From contig QPMI01000491.1 in the NCBI GenBank assembly GCA_004431415.1, forward strand, positions 70,590-134,589: a stretch of DNA of 64,000 nt. Direction: 5' to 3'. The notes under the pieces were generated by a model that searched no databases, was not told where the DNA came from, and worked only from the letters and a program-made list of their open reading frames with translations. Shown here piece by piece: positions 28,101 through 39,093 of the stretch; position 1 is the first letter of the stretch, and each line of letters opens with the position of its first letter. The position numbers and the translations under genes are program-made. The DNA is from Cyanophora paradoxa CCMP329. Lineage: Eukaryota > Plantae > Glaucophyta.

Positions 28101-30992
28101 AAGATATATAAATAATATTAATAGTCTAGCGGTCGAGGGAACTGAAGATCTAGAACCGGTCGAACCTTTGAAGGTCTGTAGGGAAATCCATGGTTTTTCT
28201 GCGTCCATTATCGCCACTGTTGCCTTCGGAGAGTACTGCGTACGCGCGGGTGCAATGAGGAACGCTCGCCCGCGGCCGGTATTCAGCACGAGAAAAGCTT
28301 AAGAAAAGAGAACCTTCGCTAGTTGCGTTTCTTCCGTCCATAGCTTGATTCCTGTCCAGCCGAAATCCCATTTCGGGCGCTGGAAATTGATCGTCGCGTT
28401 GACGCGGGTCGCATTGGATTTAAAAATTCTGGCAAAGACGCGATGTGCTGTCAGACACAGGGATCCGAATAGAGGACTGAGCGGGTAAACGTCGCACCCA
28501 ATTTGGATATCTTCAGTGCCGGCAACGGGCTGAGCTGACAAAGAGCCGCCGTAGTAGTAGGAAAACTCGACTGCTCCCATTACTCCCAGAGCAAAGTCAA
28601 ATTCTAGCGAGAAAATCTTCCAGCCAAGACGCTTTCGGAACTTGGGAAGCCCCGCATACAGCTGGATCTCGACGGCGGGACCTGCTCCTGCAAACATCTG
28701 GAGCCCTGATCATGACCATGAAGCTCTAATTAGTTCGATGTTATTGCAACCCGCTGGGATCCGGCGAGGCGCACTGTTGGATCGAACGTCCAACCTAGGG
28801 CCAACAGTTTGCAAATCGAACTTGGATGTGCCATACGGCTGGTGAAAAATGGCGAATAGGACCGTTTCAGAGGATCAGAACGTGAAGAACAAGTATTCGT
28901 AAAGATTAAATTTCGAGGCTAAAAGGCAGACCGTCCAGGAATCAGTACGCTTTGAATACTCAATTCCCATTTCCGTCTCGAATGAGAAGAATATTCCAAA
29001 AACGAGGCGAGCCTCCGCCTACATCAGCACCAAAATTGAGCAAGATCAGCACACGAGCCAAACGTGAGTCGACAAATTATACTTTCTTGAGCACGTATAG
29101 CATGAGTAAAATCAAAGAACACGCATATATACATGGGATAAAACTTTATTCGATCCACAAATTTAAAGATAGATCGAGACTCTGAGAGGTTACCTGAAGC
29201 TGATTCTGGAACAAAGCCTTCGCCTTCAACACCGCCGCCACCGAAATCTCGAAGATGCCGACAAACGTCTTCGCGACAGTAAACGACTTGCTGGCGAGCA
29301 GCTTCTCCCTTTCAACTTCGTTGATGTTGATGATCGTCTCGACGGTGACATTTCCTTCTCCGGTCCCCTTGACGCCGAATTTGGCGGACGTCGGGGGCTC
29401 TAGCGAAGGAGCCACGATGAGACAAGATCACAAGATCGAGCTTGCGCGGGCGATGGCCATGGCTTGAATATCAATTTCGCACCTTCGCTGGATGCGCTGT
29501 ACTCGATGACGACCGCGAGCTTGGCTTCCGCGTAGCACCCCAGGCAGTTCACCCTGTACGAGACCATGGGGACCTGCGCATGTGCAAAACACCGTGAGGC
29601 AGATTTACATTGCACTGGTACTGGCTTCGCTGCGCGCCTCCGGATCTTCGTCGAGGTCCTTCTTGGCGGCGGTTGCGGTCGCCGCGGTCTTCGTTTGTGT
29701 CTGCGACTGCTGGCTTCTCTCCCGCGCCTCCTTCAACTCCTTCACGACGTCGATCACAGCCTCCTGGGGCCCCCCGTTCGCATTCTGAGAGAATGGATTG
29801 GGGAAATACTAATTAGATTAGAGCATACGAAGAGATGCAGAGCTAACGCGCCCTGTTCCACGCGTATGTGTAGACGGGGATCTCCCACCGCTCGGCCAGG
29901 TGGCGGCGCCCGCGCGCCGCCGTGCGGCGCCTCTCAACCGGCGAGCCCTCCCCCTCTTGGTGCAGCTGCTGGCTTTCCAGGCGGAACGAAATGTGCTCCG
30001 CGCAGTCCTGCTCGTCGCAAGTTCGAGGTCAATTTTAAGAGACAGCAGCTGCAGGTAGATGCGAGGGGTAAATTGAATTCAAACTCGCTCACGAGGACAT
30101 TGGCGACGATCACCCGGACTCGGATCTGGCTGGCGTCGAGGCCGGTTTTGGGCTCAGCGACGATGCGGAGCGTGATGGGGCCCTCTTCCCCGACGAAATC
30201 CAGGCACTCCCAGCCGGAGCTCGCGTGGAGGACGGTGCGGAAGGGGGCGAGGCGGGCCGCGAACGCGGCGGCGTCGGCCGGGGACGCGAGGCCGAGGAGG
30301 AGGAAGCCGTCCTGCAGATCGGAGCAGGAGAGCGCCTGGATGGATGGAACGAGGTCGAGGACGATGCAGAGGGGGTTCGGGTTGTCGATCCGGTATTCAA
30401 CACGATGGTACCTGCCGCGAAACTTGAAACGATCACGACGTCGACGCTCATATGTATGCCTATGCCTATGCATATGCATATGCATGCGCAATACGTATAC
30501 GTATACGTATACGTATATGCATGTACACGTATACGTACGCGTATATACCTATACGCGCGCAATATTAATACGTACTACGGTATACGTATACGTATACGTA
30601 TATGTACGTATATGGTACGTTCATACGAATATTAATATACGTGATTAACTATAATGCCGTGTGCACGTGATGCATGACACTCACCGACCAGCTTCGTCCG
30701 TGTCCGTTGAATCGCTCGAGAATACCAGCGGCTGGCCCCGCGAGCCGGGGCTCTCGTCGAATCGCTTCGTGCTGATGCCTGAGCCTAGGCCTCCGGCTGC
30801 AGTCCCCGCCCCCGGGCTGGCGCCAGCCGACTCATAAAAGGACAAGATGCGCTGCACTTCGTCCGGCTCCTTCCCCGCAAGGACGTACGAGGGGTCGGGC
30901 CGGCTGCCTGCCGAGCAGTGCTGCACGATCGCTGCGACAAGGCACGCGTACAGAAGAACTCGGCCCCGCCAAGAGTTCGAGAGCAGAGACAT
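22151..30992 (-). CDS. Giant type-I membrane protein: signal peptide, unknown beta-rich N-region, Ig/cadherin-like segments, about 8 CUB domains, SEA-like segment, TM helix
   Basis: Signal peptide MSLLSNSWRGRVLLYACLVAAIVQHCSA. The CUB motif G.(I/F)TDGSG..Y....C.W.I appears near 27130, 26690, 26040, 25590, 25035, 24510 and 24060, with a degenerate copy near 23650. Other hallmarks are TEKGYDFVTV, TEPGQDLIRVYDG and REGSVVLT. TM LTIAAAVGAAGAVLAIVAVAVVVVIVVRRRR; TAA at 22151. That the 28-31 kb part belongs to the same gene is inferred. Confidence 0.75.
30450..30643. repeat. Intronic alternating purine-pyrimidine microsatellite (TATACG)n/(TATGCA)n
   Basis: atacgtatacgtatacgtatacgtatatgcatgtacacgtatacgtacgcgtatatac...; related tracts at 31277-31350 and 37766-37822. 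Confidence 0.85.
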
Positions 30993-31439
30993 GGTTTCCG
31001 ATGTCAAAGTTGCCAAGTTGCAATTCTCAACGGCTATAACAATTGCGCGAGCGCATTAGCGCGAGCTAGCTATAGATCTAGAGCTGTCTGCTCAGCAGCT
31101 AGTCGCGATCGACTGCTGCTTCCCGGAGTCCGCTGCTTCCGATATCGATATCGATCGCGATCGCGAAGTTCCACTAGTGCAGCTGCAGGAGTGCAGCGCG
31201 CGCAGCGCTACTAGGCTAGCCCGGGCGTGGCTGACTCAGTGAGCAGTGCCACGGTGAACAGCCCGCTGCACGCCGCACGTATATATACGTATAAACGCGT
31301 AATCAAACTACGTATATATACGTAATCTACGTATATATATACGTATAAACGCAGCTAGTAGCCTAGTAGCCTAGTAGGCTAGCTGCCGCACTGGCGCAGT
31401 GCATGCATGCGCGCGCGCGCAGCGCCGCGCACTACTATA

Positions 31440-31717
31440 CTGTAGGAATGCTTAAATTGCCGCGTATTACGGTAGTTAAATTGCCGAATTTGACCAAAAC
31501 CGGAATTGCCGTGGCCATGGCGAATCATTGGCGATACGATAAATTGCCGAATTCGAAACTCTGGATTTCTTCTATGGCGCCAATGCCGCGCCATACAAAA
31601 GCGGCCATTTAGCTCTACCCCCTGAGAATTGCCGTGGCTTAAAATTGCCGAATTCGGCCTCTAGACCTCGGCAATATCCGGCAATTTAAAACATCGGCTA
31701 AAAAAGCATTCCTACAG
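31440..31717. mobile_element. 278-bp non-autonomous MITE, TA target-site duplication (Tc1/mariner-like)
   Basis: Perfect 14-bp TIRs CTGTAGGAATGCTT (31440-31453) and AAGCATTCCTACAG (31704-31717), each flanked by TA. Six internal AATTGCCG motifs plus two inverted CGGCAAT near the right end. No coding capacity. Confidence 0.85.
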
Positions 31718-33535
31718 TAGTAGCACTGCCGCAGTGCACGTGCGGCCCAGTCGACGTCTGAACGTGAATTCGAGTCCCCGGCCGCGGCGAGTCGCCGGCG
31801 ACTCGATCCCCGCCGGCGCCGACTGCCAGGCGCCGGCTGCCCGGCCCGGCCGGCCGGCGCCGGCTCGGCGCCGCCGGCGGCCGCGGCCAGTGACGGCCAC
31901 CGTGCAGTGCGTGCACGTACGCGCGCGGCGCGCGTGTCCGACCGTCGGACGCGTACGGTCGTGCAGCGACGTCACGCCGACGTGCACTCATACGCGGATA
32001 CTGAAGATCTAGAATGAATGAGCGAATTCGATTTGAAGATCTCGATCGCGCGACGAGTCCGCCGACGAGTCGGCGACGACTCGGCGCGGCGATCTCGCGT
32101 TAATCGAAAATCTTGATCGAGAATCTTTTGGGAAACATTTGAAGATCGCGTGCGGATCTTCCGAAGTTCGACGATCATCGGATCGTGATTCGTGATCATC
32201 GGATCGATGATCCGATGATCATCGGATCACGAGTCGATTGAACTCGATTCACGACCAGTCGACGTCTGGCATGGCAGCATTGGCAGGTGACCTCAGGGCC
32301 TGCAGGACACCCGGTGACCTGCCGCGGCCTTCAAGGCTTGACACGGCCCACGTGCACACCGTCCGGTCTCACACCGACTCGGCGAGTCACACGGCGTCGT
32401 GACGGCGACGCCTCGAGCTCATCGCCGAGTCGACTCCTCGTGACGGCGAGTCGATCGCGACCGGATCAGCGGCCGATGAATCCGATCGGAGATGTTCGAG
32501 TTCGAATACGCCCGAGACCGCTAGCCACGGGCCCGGGGGCGGACGCCCCTCGGGCTGCAGTCTCCGCCCCCGATCGCGAGCCGCGACCCGAGGACCGAGG
32601 TTTGCATGATCCTCGATGCGATCGTCTAGATCTCGAGCTCGAACATCGTCCGACACTGTGAGTATGTGACAGTCGCGGCCCGTGATCGCGATTCGCGAGC
32701 TCGAGGGCCCGCGCGCGACCCGCGGGCGCCGGCCGCCGGGCCTGCATGCGCAGCTGCATGCTCCTAAAAAAATCGACACCAGAATTGTTTTCGAATATGA
32801 AATGAAAACTCCGGCCAGGAATTCGAAGTTGCGTTTACGAAAAAATGCAAATTAAAGCTCGAGCCGGTCACGAGTAGAGTCGCGGCGGTGGCTAGCGCTG
32901 TCATGGGATCAATTGGAAGAATATTAATATAGATTCGATTCACCCTCGCACGCGAGGAAGAGGGGCGCGCGGCCCGCACGGGGCGACTTCGACGGCTGTA
33001 CATGTCAAGAATTCGCGTGCGATCGCGAGGAACTCGGAACTCGGAAGAACTCGGAACTAACGGCAGGGCTGTCCCGATCGCGATCAAGAATCACGCGAGG
33101 AAGATCGAGAGGGCTCCGCCGGGCCGGGAAGTTGAAGCTTCTAAGAGGAGCTTAAATGATGCCGACCTTGACAACTACGCACCAATATTAATATTAATAT
33201 AGCGCTGGCGCCTGATGCAACGGCACGAGGTAGAGTGCAGGTCAATTGAATTTAATTCAAATAAAAAGAAATTAAAGCGAAAGAAATCAAACCAGGGGAC
33301 CGGGGCGCGGGGGGGCCCCGCCCCTACTGGCCCCCTAGACTCTGAGCCTCGAGGACTAAAGCAACTTATATCAGTAGGCAACTAAAAAGCCTTCAAAAAC
33401 GCACAAGCGGTGAAAAGCCCTATAGCTAGCTGTAGCTAATCACATACCTATACACATACAGCCTACTACTACGTATACTTAAGAACTTAAGGAATTCTAA
33501 TCCGAAGACGGCTTGTACGTTTCGGACGGCTAGCG

Positions 33536-35315
33536 CTATGCGGGGAGGCCGGCATCGATATCGGAGGAGCGAACGGAGGCGATGAAGGCGGCCGTCGAGC
33601 TCCCCGCGATCTCCCTGCGCGTGCGAGGCTCGGGGCTCGAAGGGGGCGGGGGGGAGTGGGGGTGGAGTGGCGGACCAGAGGGCGCGCATGCGGCGGAGGG
33701 CCTGCGGGGGCCGCGGGGACTCGGCGGCGGGCGCCTGCGAGCGGAAGGAGGCCATGAGGCAGCCCAGCGCCATGCTCAGGTCCGACAGGTCCCCCGCCCC
33801 CACCCCCTGCCGCACCCTCCCCGTCAGCCTCCGAAAAGGGGGGGGGAGAAAAGAGAGGGGGGTAGACCTCGACGCCGTCGGGTGCGGGGCAGCAGTAGGA
33901 TCGCTCGCGGTGGCCCCTGCGGACGAGCGCGCGGTACCACTCCACAATGAGGCGCCCGTCCGCCCCCATGCGCGGCTCCTCCTCCGCCGCCGCCGCCGGG
34001 CCGGGACTCCAGCAGGGGCCCGCGCCCGAGCCGGGGCCCCCGGGCGTCCGCGGCTCCTCGGGCGCGGGCGCCGCCGGATCGAGGCAGCCGCGGGCGGCGC
34101 TCAGGACGCGCGCGATGGTGACGACCGCCTGCTCCGCCACTGCCCGCTCCGCCGCCAGCGCCGTGCTCACCTGAGGCCGCGCGGGCTCAGGGACGCTGAG
34201 GAGGCGGCGCGGCGCGGCCTCGCGGATCGGATCGGACCTCGCGCGCCACGTCCGCCGACGCGTCTGCGATCGCCTCCTCCGAGGCCCGCAGCACCGCCTC
34301 CCGCTCCGCTGCGCCCGCCCCCCCCGCGCCTCAGCCCGCTGCTCAGCTAAGGAAAAGGGGGCGGGGGACGCGCCCTCGAGCCTCGCCACCTCGTTCTCCG
34401 CCTCCTCGGTCTTGGCGGCGTACTGCGATCGGGCCGGGCGGGGCCGGCGCGCCTCAGCGGGGCGCCCGGCGGCGGCCACGGGGGCGCTCCCTGCAAGCGC
34501 CGACCTCGCGCATGAGGCGCTTGCAGTCGCGGAGCTCGGCCTGGGAGGCGGCGAGCTCGCGCTCCATCTCCTCGGCCCGCTGCGCCGTGGAGAAGAGGCG
34601 CGCCTCCGTGGAGAGCAGCTGCTCCTGCAGCGTCGCCTGCGCCTGCGCGGCCGGCGCCGGCGGAAAGCGCGGCTCGAGAGGACTCCGGGAGGCGAGAGGA
34701 GGCGGGGCGGGCGGCGCACGGCCTCGTGGCAGCGCCCTTTCTGGAGGAGGACGGAGACCTCGTCCTTCAGGCGCTCCGCGTCGTGCCGGATCGTGCGCGC
34801 GCTCGCCCCGTTCGCCCCGCAGCTCGTCCTGCCGGCCGCCGCCGACGCGGGGAGCTGCCGCTGCGAGATGCGCCGCTGCGAGATGTGCCGCAGGGAGGCC
34901 GCGAGCCCCTCGGCGCAGGCGCCGGCGCCGGCGCCGCACGCGAGGTCCGCCCCGGGCCCCGCCTCGCGCTCCACGTCCTCCCGCCGGACGAGGCCGTCCC
35001 CGTCGGCGTCGAGCGCCGCCACGACGTCCGTCACCTCATCCTCGCTCAGGTCGTACGCCGCCAGCACATCCCTGCGCCCCGCCGTCAGCCCCCGCTCTCT
35101 AGATCTCCAGCAACACGGCGGGCGCGGAGCGCAGGAAGGAGGAGGGGCGGATCGGTTTGTACACGCATGCAAAGGCCCGTTTTAAGGTCTAGCCCGTCAT
35201 GCGGGGCGCACCGGAGGCGCGAGACGGGGATGGCGGACTCGTCGCCGGGGAAGAGCGCGTCGACGACAGCTGCGGCCGGCGCGTGCTTCTTCGTCGGCGT
35301 AGCTAGCGATGGCAT
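33536..35315 (-). CDS. EF-hand-like motif + coiled-coil protein of unknown function, multi-exon
   Basis: DVVAALDADGDGLVRREDVE is an EF-hand-like loop. Coiled coil ATLQEQLLSTEARLFSTAQRAEEMERELAASQAELRD. Ends MRALW|EIAG...GLPA*. The start codon is uncertain. Confidence 0.6.
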
Positions 35316-35837
35316 CGAGATCGGGAGGCCAGCCGCAGCAGAAGGAGTAACCGCCGCAACAACGGCCAGGCGGGGGGTACAGTGTGCGTGGAGCACATTC
35401 GTGGAGCGCTAGCCGTCTGCAGGAGCTCTGCAGATGTCGACGTCTGCACTCCAACATGCATGGAGCAACGCAAGGCTGTAGCTAGCAAGACGTCGGCTGC
35501 TGTACATGTCATGCCGCAGTGCGTGCGCAGCTCACTGCAGCTGCCGCAGCGCGCGTGCGAGGCGATGTCGATATCCGATGTTCTACAGTAATTGAGTGAT
35601 ACACATACGCCGCGTACTACGATACAAGCGCGGGGCGCAGCGCGCCGCGCACCCCGGCCCGCGGCCGCGGCCGGGCGCCGGGGCCCGCGGCCGCGGCCGG
35701 GCCCGCGGGCCGATCGATATCGATCGATATCGCGGCCCACCCCGGCTGGCATCGCGGCATCGCCGGGGAACGAGGATGACGTCCCCGCGAGGCCGCGGCC
35801 GCGCGGCGCCTCGCGCCTCGCGGCGGCGGGGGGGTCG

Positions 35838-37167
35838 CTACAGGGGCTTGCGCCAGTAGGAGGTGTGCCAGTCGGCCTCCACGAGCGGCTCCTCTATGCC
35901 GTGCTTCCTCCTGTAGTCCTCCGTCGCCTGCCGCGCCGCGCACCAGTCCCTGCCGCGCGGCCGCGGGGGAAGAGTCGGGGGTACATGATTTAGAGGAGGG
36001 GCGGGGACGGGTGTCGCGCACGCGATGCCCCAGTCGTCCACGATCACGTACCCCCCTGGGCTCAGCAACGGGTACAGCGCCTCGAGCACGGGGTACGTCG
36101 ACTCGTACTGCGGGCGGCCCCGGCTCGGACGGTCGGGGGTACGCGGGGCGGGGGGAAGGGGGGGGAGGGGCGCTTTGGGGGGTACGCACGTAGTCGCCGT
36201 CGAGGCGGAGGACGGCGAGCTGCTTGATGGGGCCCGGGAGGGAGCGGTCGAACCAGCCTGGGTACGATGTGAGACCGCGGCCGCGCGGGAAGGGGGGTAC
36301 GGTGCGGGCGCACCCTTCAGGAACTTGACCTGGTCGTCCAGCAGGCCGAAGCTGGGGGGGGGGGGGGGGGCGGGGGCGGGGGCGGAGCGGGGTACAGGCG
36401 CACCGCTCGAAGTTGCGCCGCACGTCGGCTTCGTCCGCCCGCCTGCGGCCGCGGGGCCCCGCCGCGGCTCAGCTCGACCGGCGAGGAAGCTCGGGGCGGG
36501 GCGGGGGCAGGGCGGACAAGTGCCCTGCGGCGCAGATGGCCGGCATCGAGTGCATGACCTTGTCCACCTCCTGCGTCGGCTCCGGCAGGCCTGCGCGCGC
36601 CGCGCCCCGCCGCCGCCGGTCACGGCCAGCTTCGCGTGCCGGCGGGGCGGGGCGGGGCGCGCGCGCCCTCGAACGAGTCGGCGACCCACACGGAGCGATC
36701 CTTCACTGCGCGCGCGCGCGTGCTCGGCGCGGGGCGGCGGGGCGCGGGGCGCCGGGGGCGGGGCGGCGGGCGCGCACCGCCGTAGGCCTTGAGAACGGCG
36801 CGGGCGACGATGCAGGTGCCGCCGCGCCAGACGCCGGCCTCCACGAAGTCGCCCGGCACGCCGTCCCGCAGGCACGACTCGAGGAGCTGCTGAACATTGT
36901 CCAGGCGCTTCGCCGAGAGCATCGAGACGGCCCGCCCGGAGAGGAAGTGCCTGTGCGACCGAGAGCGCCGCGGCCGGTCATGCACGGCCGCGGCGGCGCG
37001 GAGAGCGGGAAGGGCGACGTCCGGGCGCACGCGGGCCAGCGGGGGTCCGTCTCATCCTCAGGCTTGTCGGCGGGCGGCGGGTCGCAGAGCACGCCGTCGA
37101 CCACGGACTTCTTGACGAGCTCCAGGTACGCTCGTCCGATCTCCGCGTCGAATGCGAGCGGCGGCAT
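35838..37167 (-). CDS. TylF/MycF/NovP-family (macrocin-type) O-methyltransferase, multi-exon
   Basis: YLELVKK...[30 protein letters not shown]...[11 protein letters not shown]...[22 protein letters not shown]...[34 protein letters not shown]...YWRK: the family motifs in the expected order. Confidence 0.92.
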
Positions 37168-37352
37168 CTGCAGCTGCCGGCGGATCGCCGATGGGTCGGA
37201 TACGTATTACGTACGCGAGCTGCCCTGCCCTAAGCGCTCCTCGTCTGCAAGTATGATCCGATCGGCGTTTGCGTCACGTTCGAATTCGCGCCAGCCCGAC
37301 TCACTGCTGCTGCGACGAAACTCCCCTGTATATTGCGTAGCCCCCTCGGTTG

Positions 37353-37403
37353 CGCGACTCAGCGCGAGTCACCGCGACTCAGCGCGAGTCAGCAGCGCGA
37401 CTC
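37353..37403. promoter_or_regulatory. Tandem GACTC-N5-GAGTC inverted-repeat motif in the divergent TylF/WGR intergenic region
   Basis: cgcgactcagcgcgagtca occurs twice (37353-37371, 37373-37391), followed by a third GACTC. A regulatory role is inferred from position only. Confidence 0.35.
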
Positions 37404-37553
37404 CACGAGCAGGCGTCGGCTGAGAGCAAGTGCGAGGCTTAGCAAGCGAGCCCTCATCAGCTGGCTCAGCGGCAGGCTCGCGGGCATCTCGCGCCATTGC
37501 GGGTCCGGTCATTCCTGGCGGTTTGGACGTGGTCGTCTGCCCGGCATAAGCAG

Positions 37554-39059
37554 ATGGCCTTTCTTTGCCCTCTTGGCGTTCCCGCCACCTTTCGGCGAGA
37601 CGCGCGAGCGCTCTCCTCGAGCTCGGCGCCGGCGGCGGCGCCGGCCGCGGCCGGCTTGGAGCGGCGGCCTTGCTCTGGCCTGGGCGGTCTGGCATTCTCA
37701 AGCTTGCTCGAGAATGCCGATCGACGCCGTTTCTTTGGTCTCGCTTTGGACATCGCCCGACCCACCACGTATACGTACGTATACGCTTGCGCATGCGCAT
37801 GGCATACCTTTACGTATACGTGATTGATTGACCTGTCGGCCAGCTTCTCGCTTCCCGCGGGCCGACAGGGCCTCTTCGTCCTCAGCGAGGGCTCGGCGCC
37901 GCGGCCGGCCGCGGCCGCGGCCGGAAAGAAGCTGAAGAATCTCAAGCCAAAGGGAGCGAAGAAGAGCAAGAAGTCGAAGGATGGCGCGCCGGTCACGGCT
38001 CCAACGGCGTCGTCCCCCGCCGTGCGCGCGCGACGCGCCGCGCCGGACGCGCCGCGACGCTCCCTTTGAGCGCGCTGCAGCTGGCGCCCGCGCAGGTGGC
38101 GCGGACGTTGCGGCACGCGTGGGCGGCCCCGGACGATCTCTTCTACGCGCCGCCCGAGATCAAGGAGAAGTACTCCAGGGTTTACACCGACGGGAAGGAC
38201 TACTATGCCGTCTTCCTTAACATCACGGACATAAGGCGCGCCGCCCGCCCGACGGCCGCGGCCGCCGCTGCCGCGGCCGCCCGCGCACGCCCCCCGCTGA
38301 GCGGCGCACACAGCCACGAGAAACAAGGGCACAACAAGTTCTACGTGATGCAGGTGCCGGGGGGCCAGCGGACGCCGGCGCCAGCGCGGGGGCCGGGCTC
38401 GTCGGCGGCTCATGGGCCGGACCGCATGCGCAGCTGCTGGAGGAGAGAGCGCGGCCCGGCAAGTTCGTGGTCTACACGCGCTGGGGCCGCAACGGCCTCT
38501 ACGAGAAGCCGCCGGCGCACAAGATCAAGGAGTGCGACGGCCTCGAAGGGGCGAAGAAGCTCTTCAAGGAGAAGTTCAAGGAGAAGACCGGCAACGTCTT
38601 CGGGGAGCCCTTCGTCCACCTGAAACACAGGCCTGGCAGGCCTGGCAAGCGTGCGCGGGCGCGCCGCCGCGTCGACGTCCGGCGCCCGAGCGACGGGCGC
38701 GGGCGGGCGGCGGGGGGCGCAGCGCTGTACGACGTCGTCGAGTTCGAGTACGGCCCGAGCGCCGCCGCCGGCTGCTGCTGCGAGGACGAGGGCGTCGACT
38801 GCGAGCGGGTGGTGCGCGCCCGAGCCTCCCCGGCCCGCGAGGCCGAGGGCGCGGCGCAGCTGACGTCGACACCCCGCGCCGCACCGCATGCGCAGTGGGC
38901 CGCGGCGTGGCCGGGGCGGCCGAACCCGCTTGCCGGCTGCGCGCTGGAGCCGGCCGTGCGGGGCTTCCTCGAGCTCGTCCTCCTCCGCGCCGCCCTCGAG
39001 CTGACCCTCTTGAACATCGGCGTCGACGTCGGCTACTACAGCGTCCCCGTCGGTGCGCC

Positions 39060-39093
<34 letters not shown>

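Noticed and set aside
31454-31690. AATTGCCG repeats resembling a CRISPR array
   Set aside because: The repeats are only 8-13 bp, irregularly spaced, partly inverted and enclosed by TIRs, in a eukaryotic context with no cas genes.
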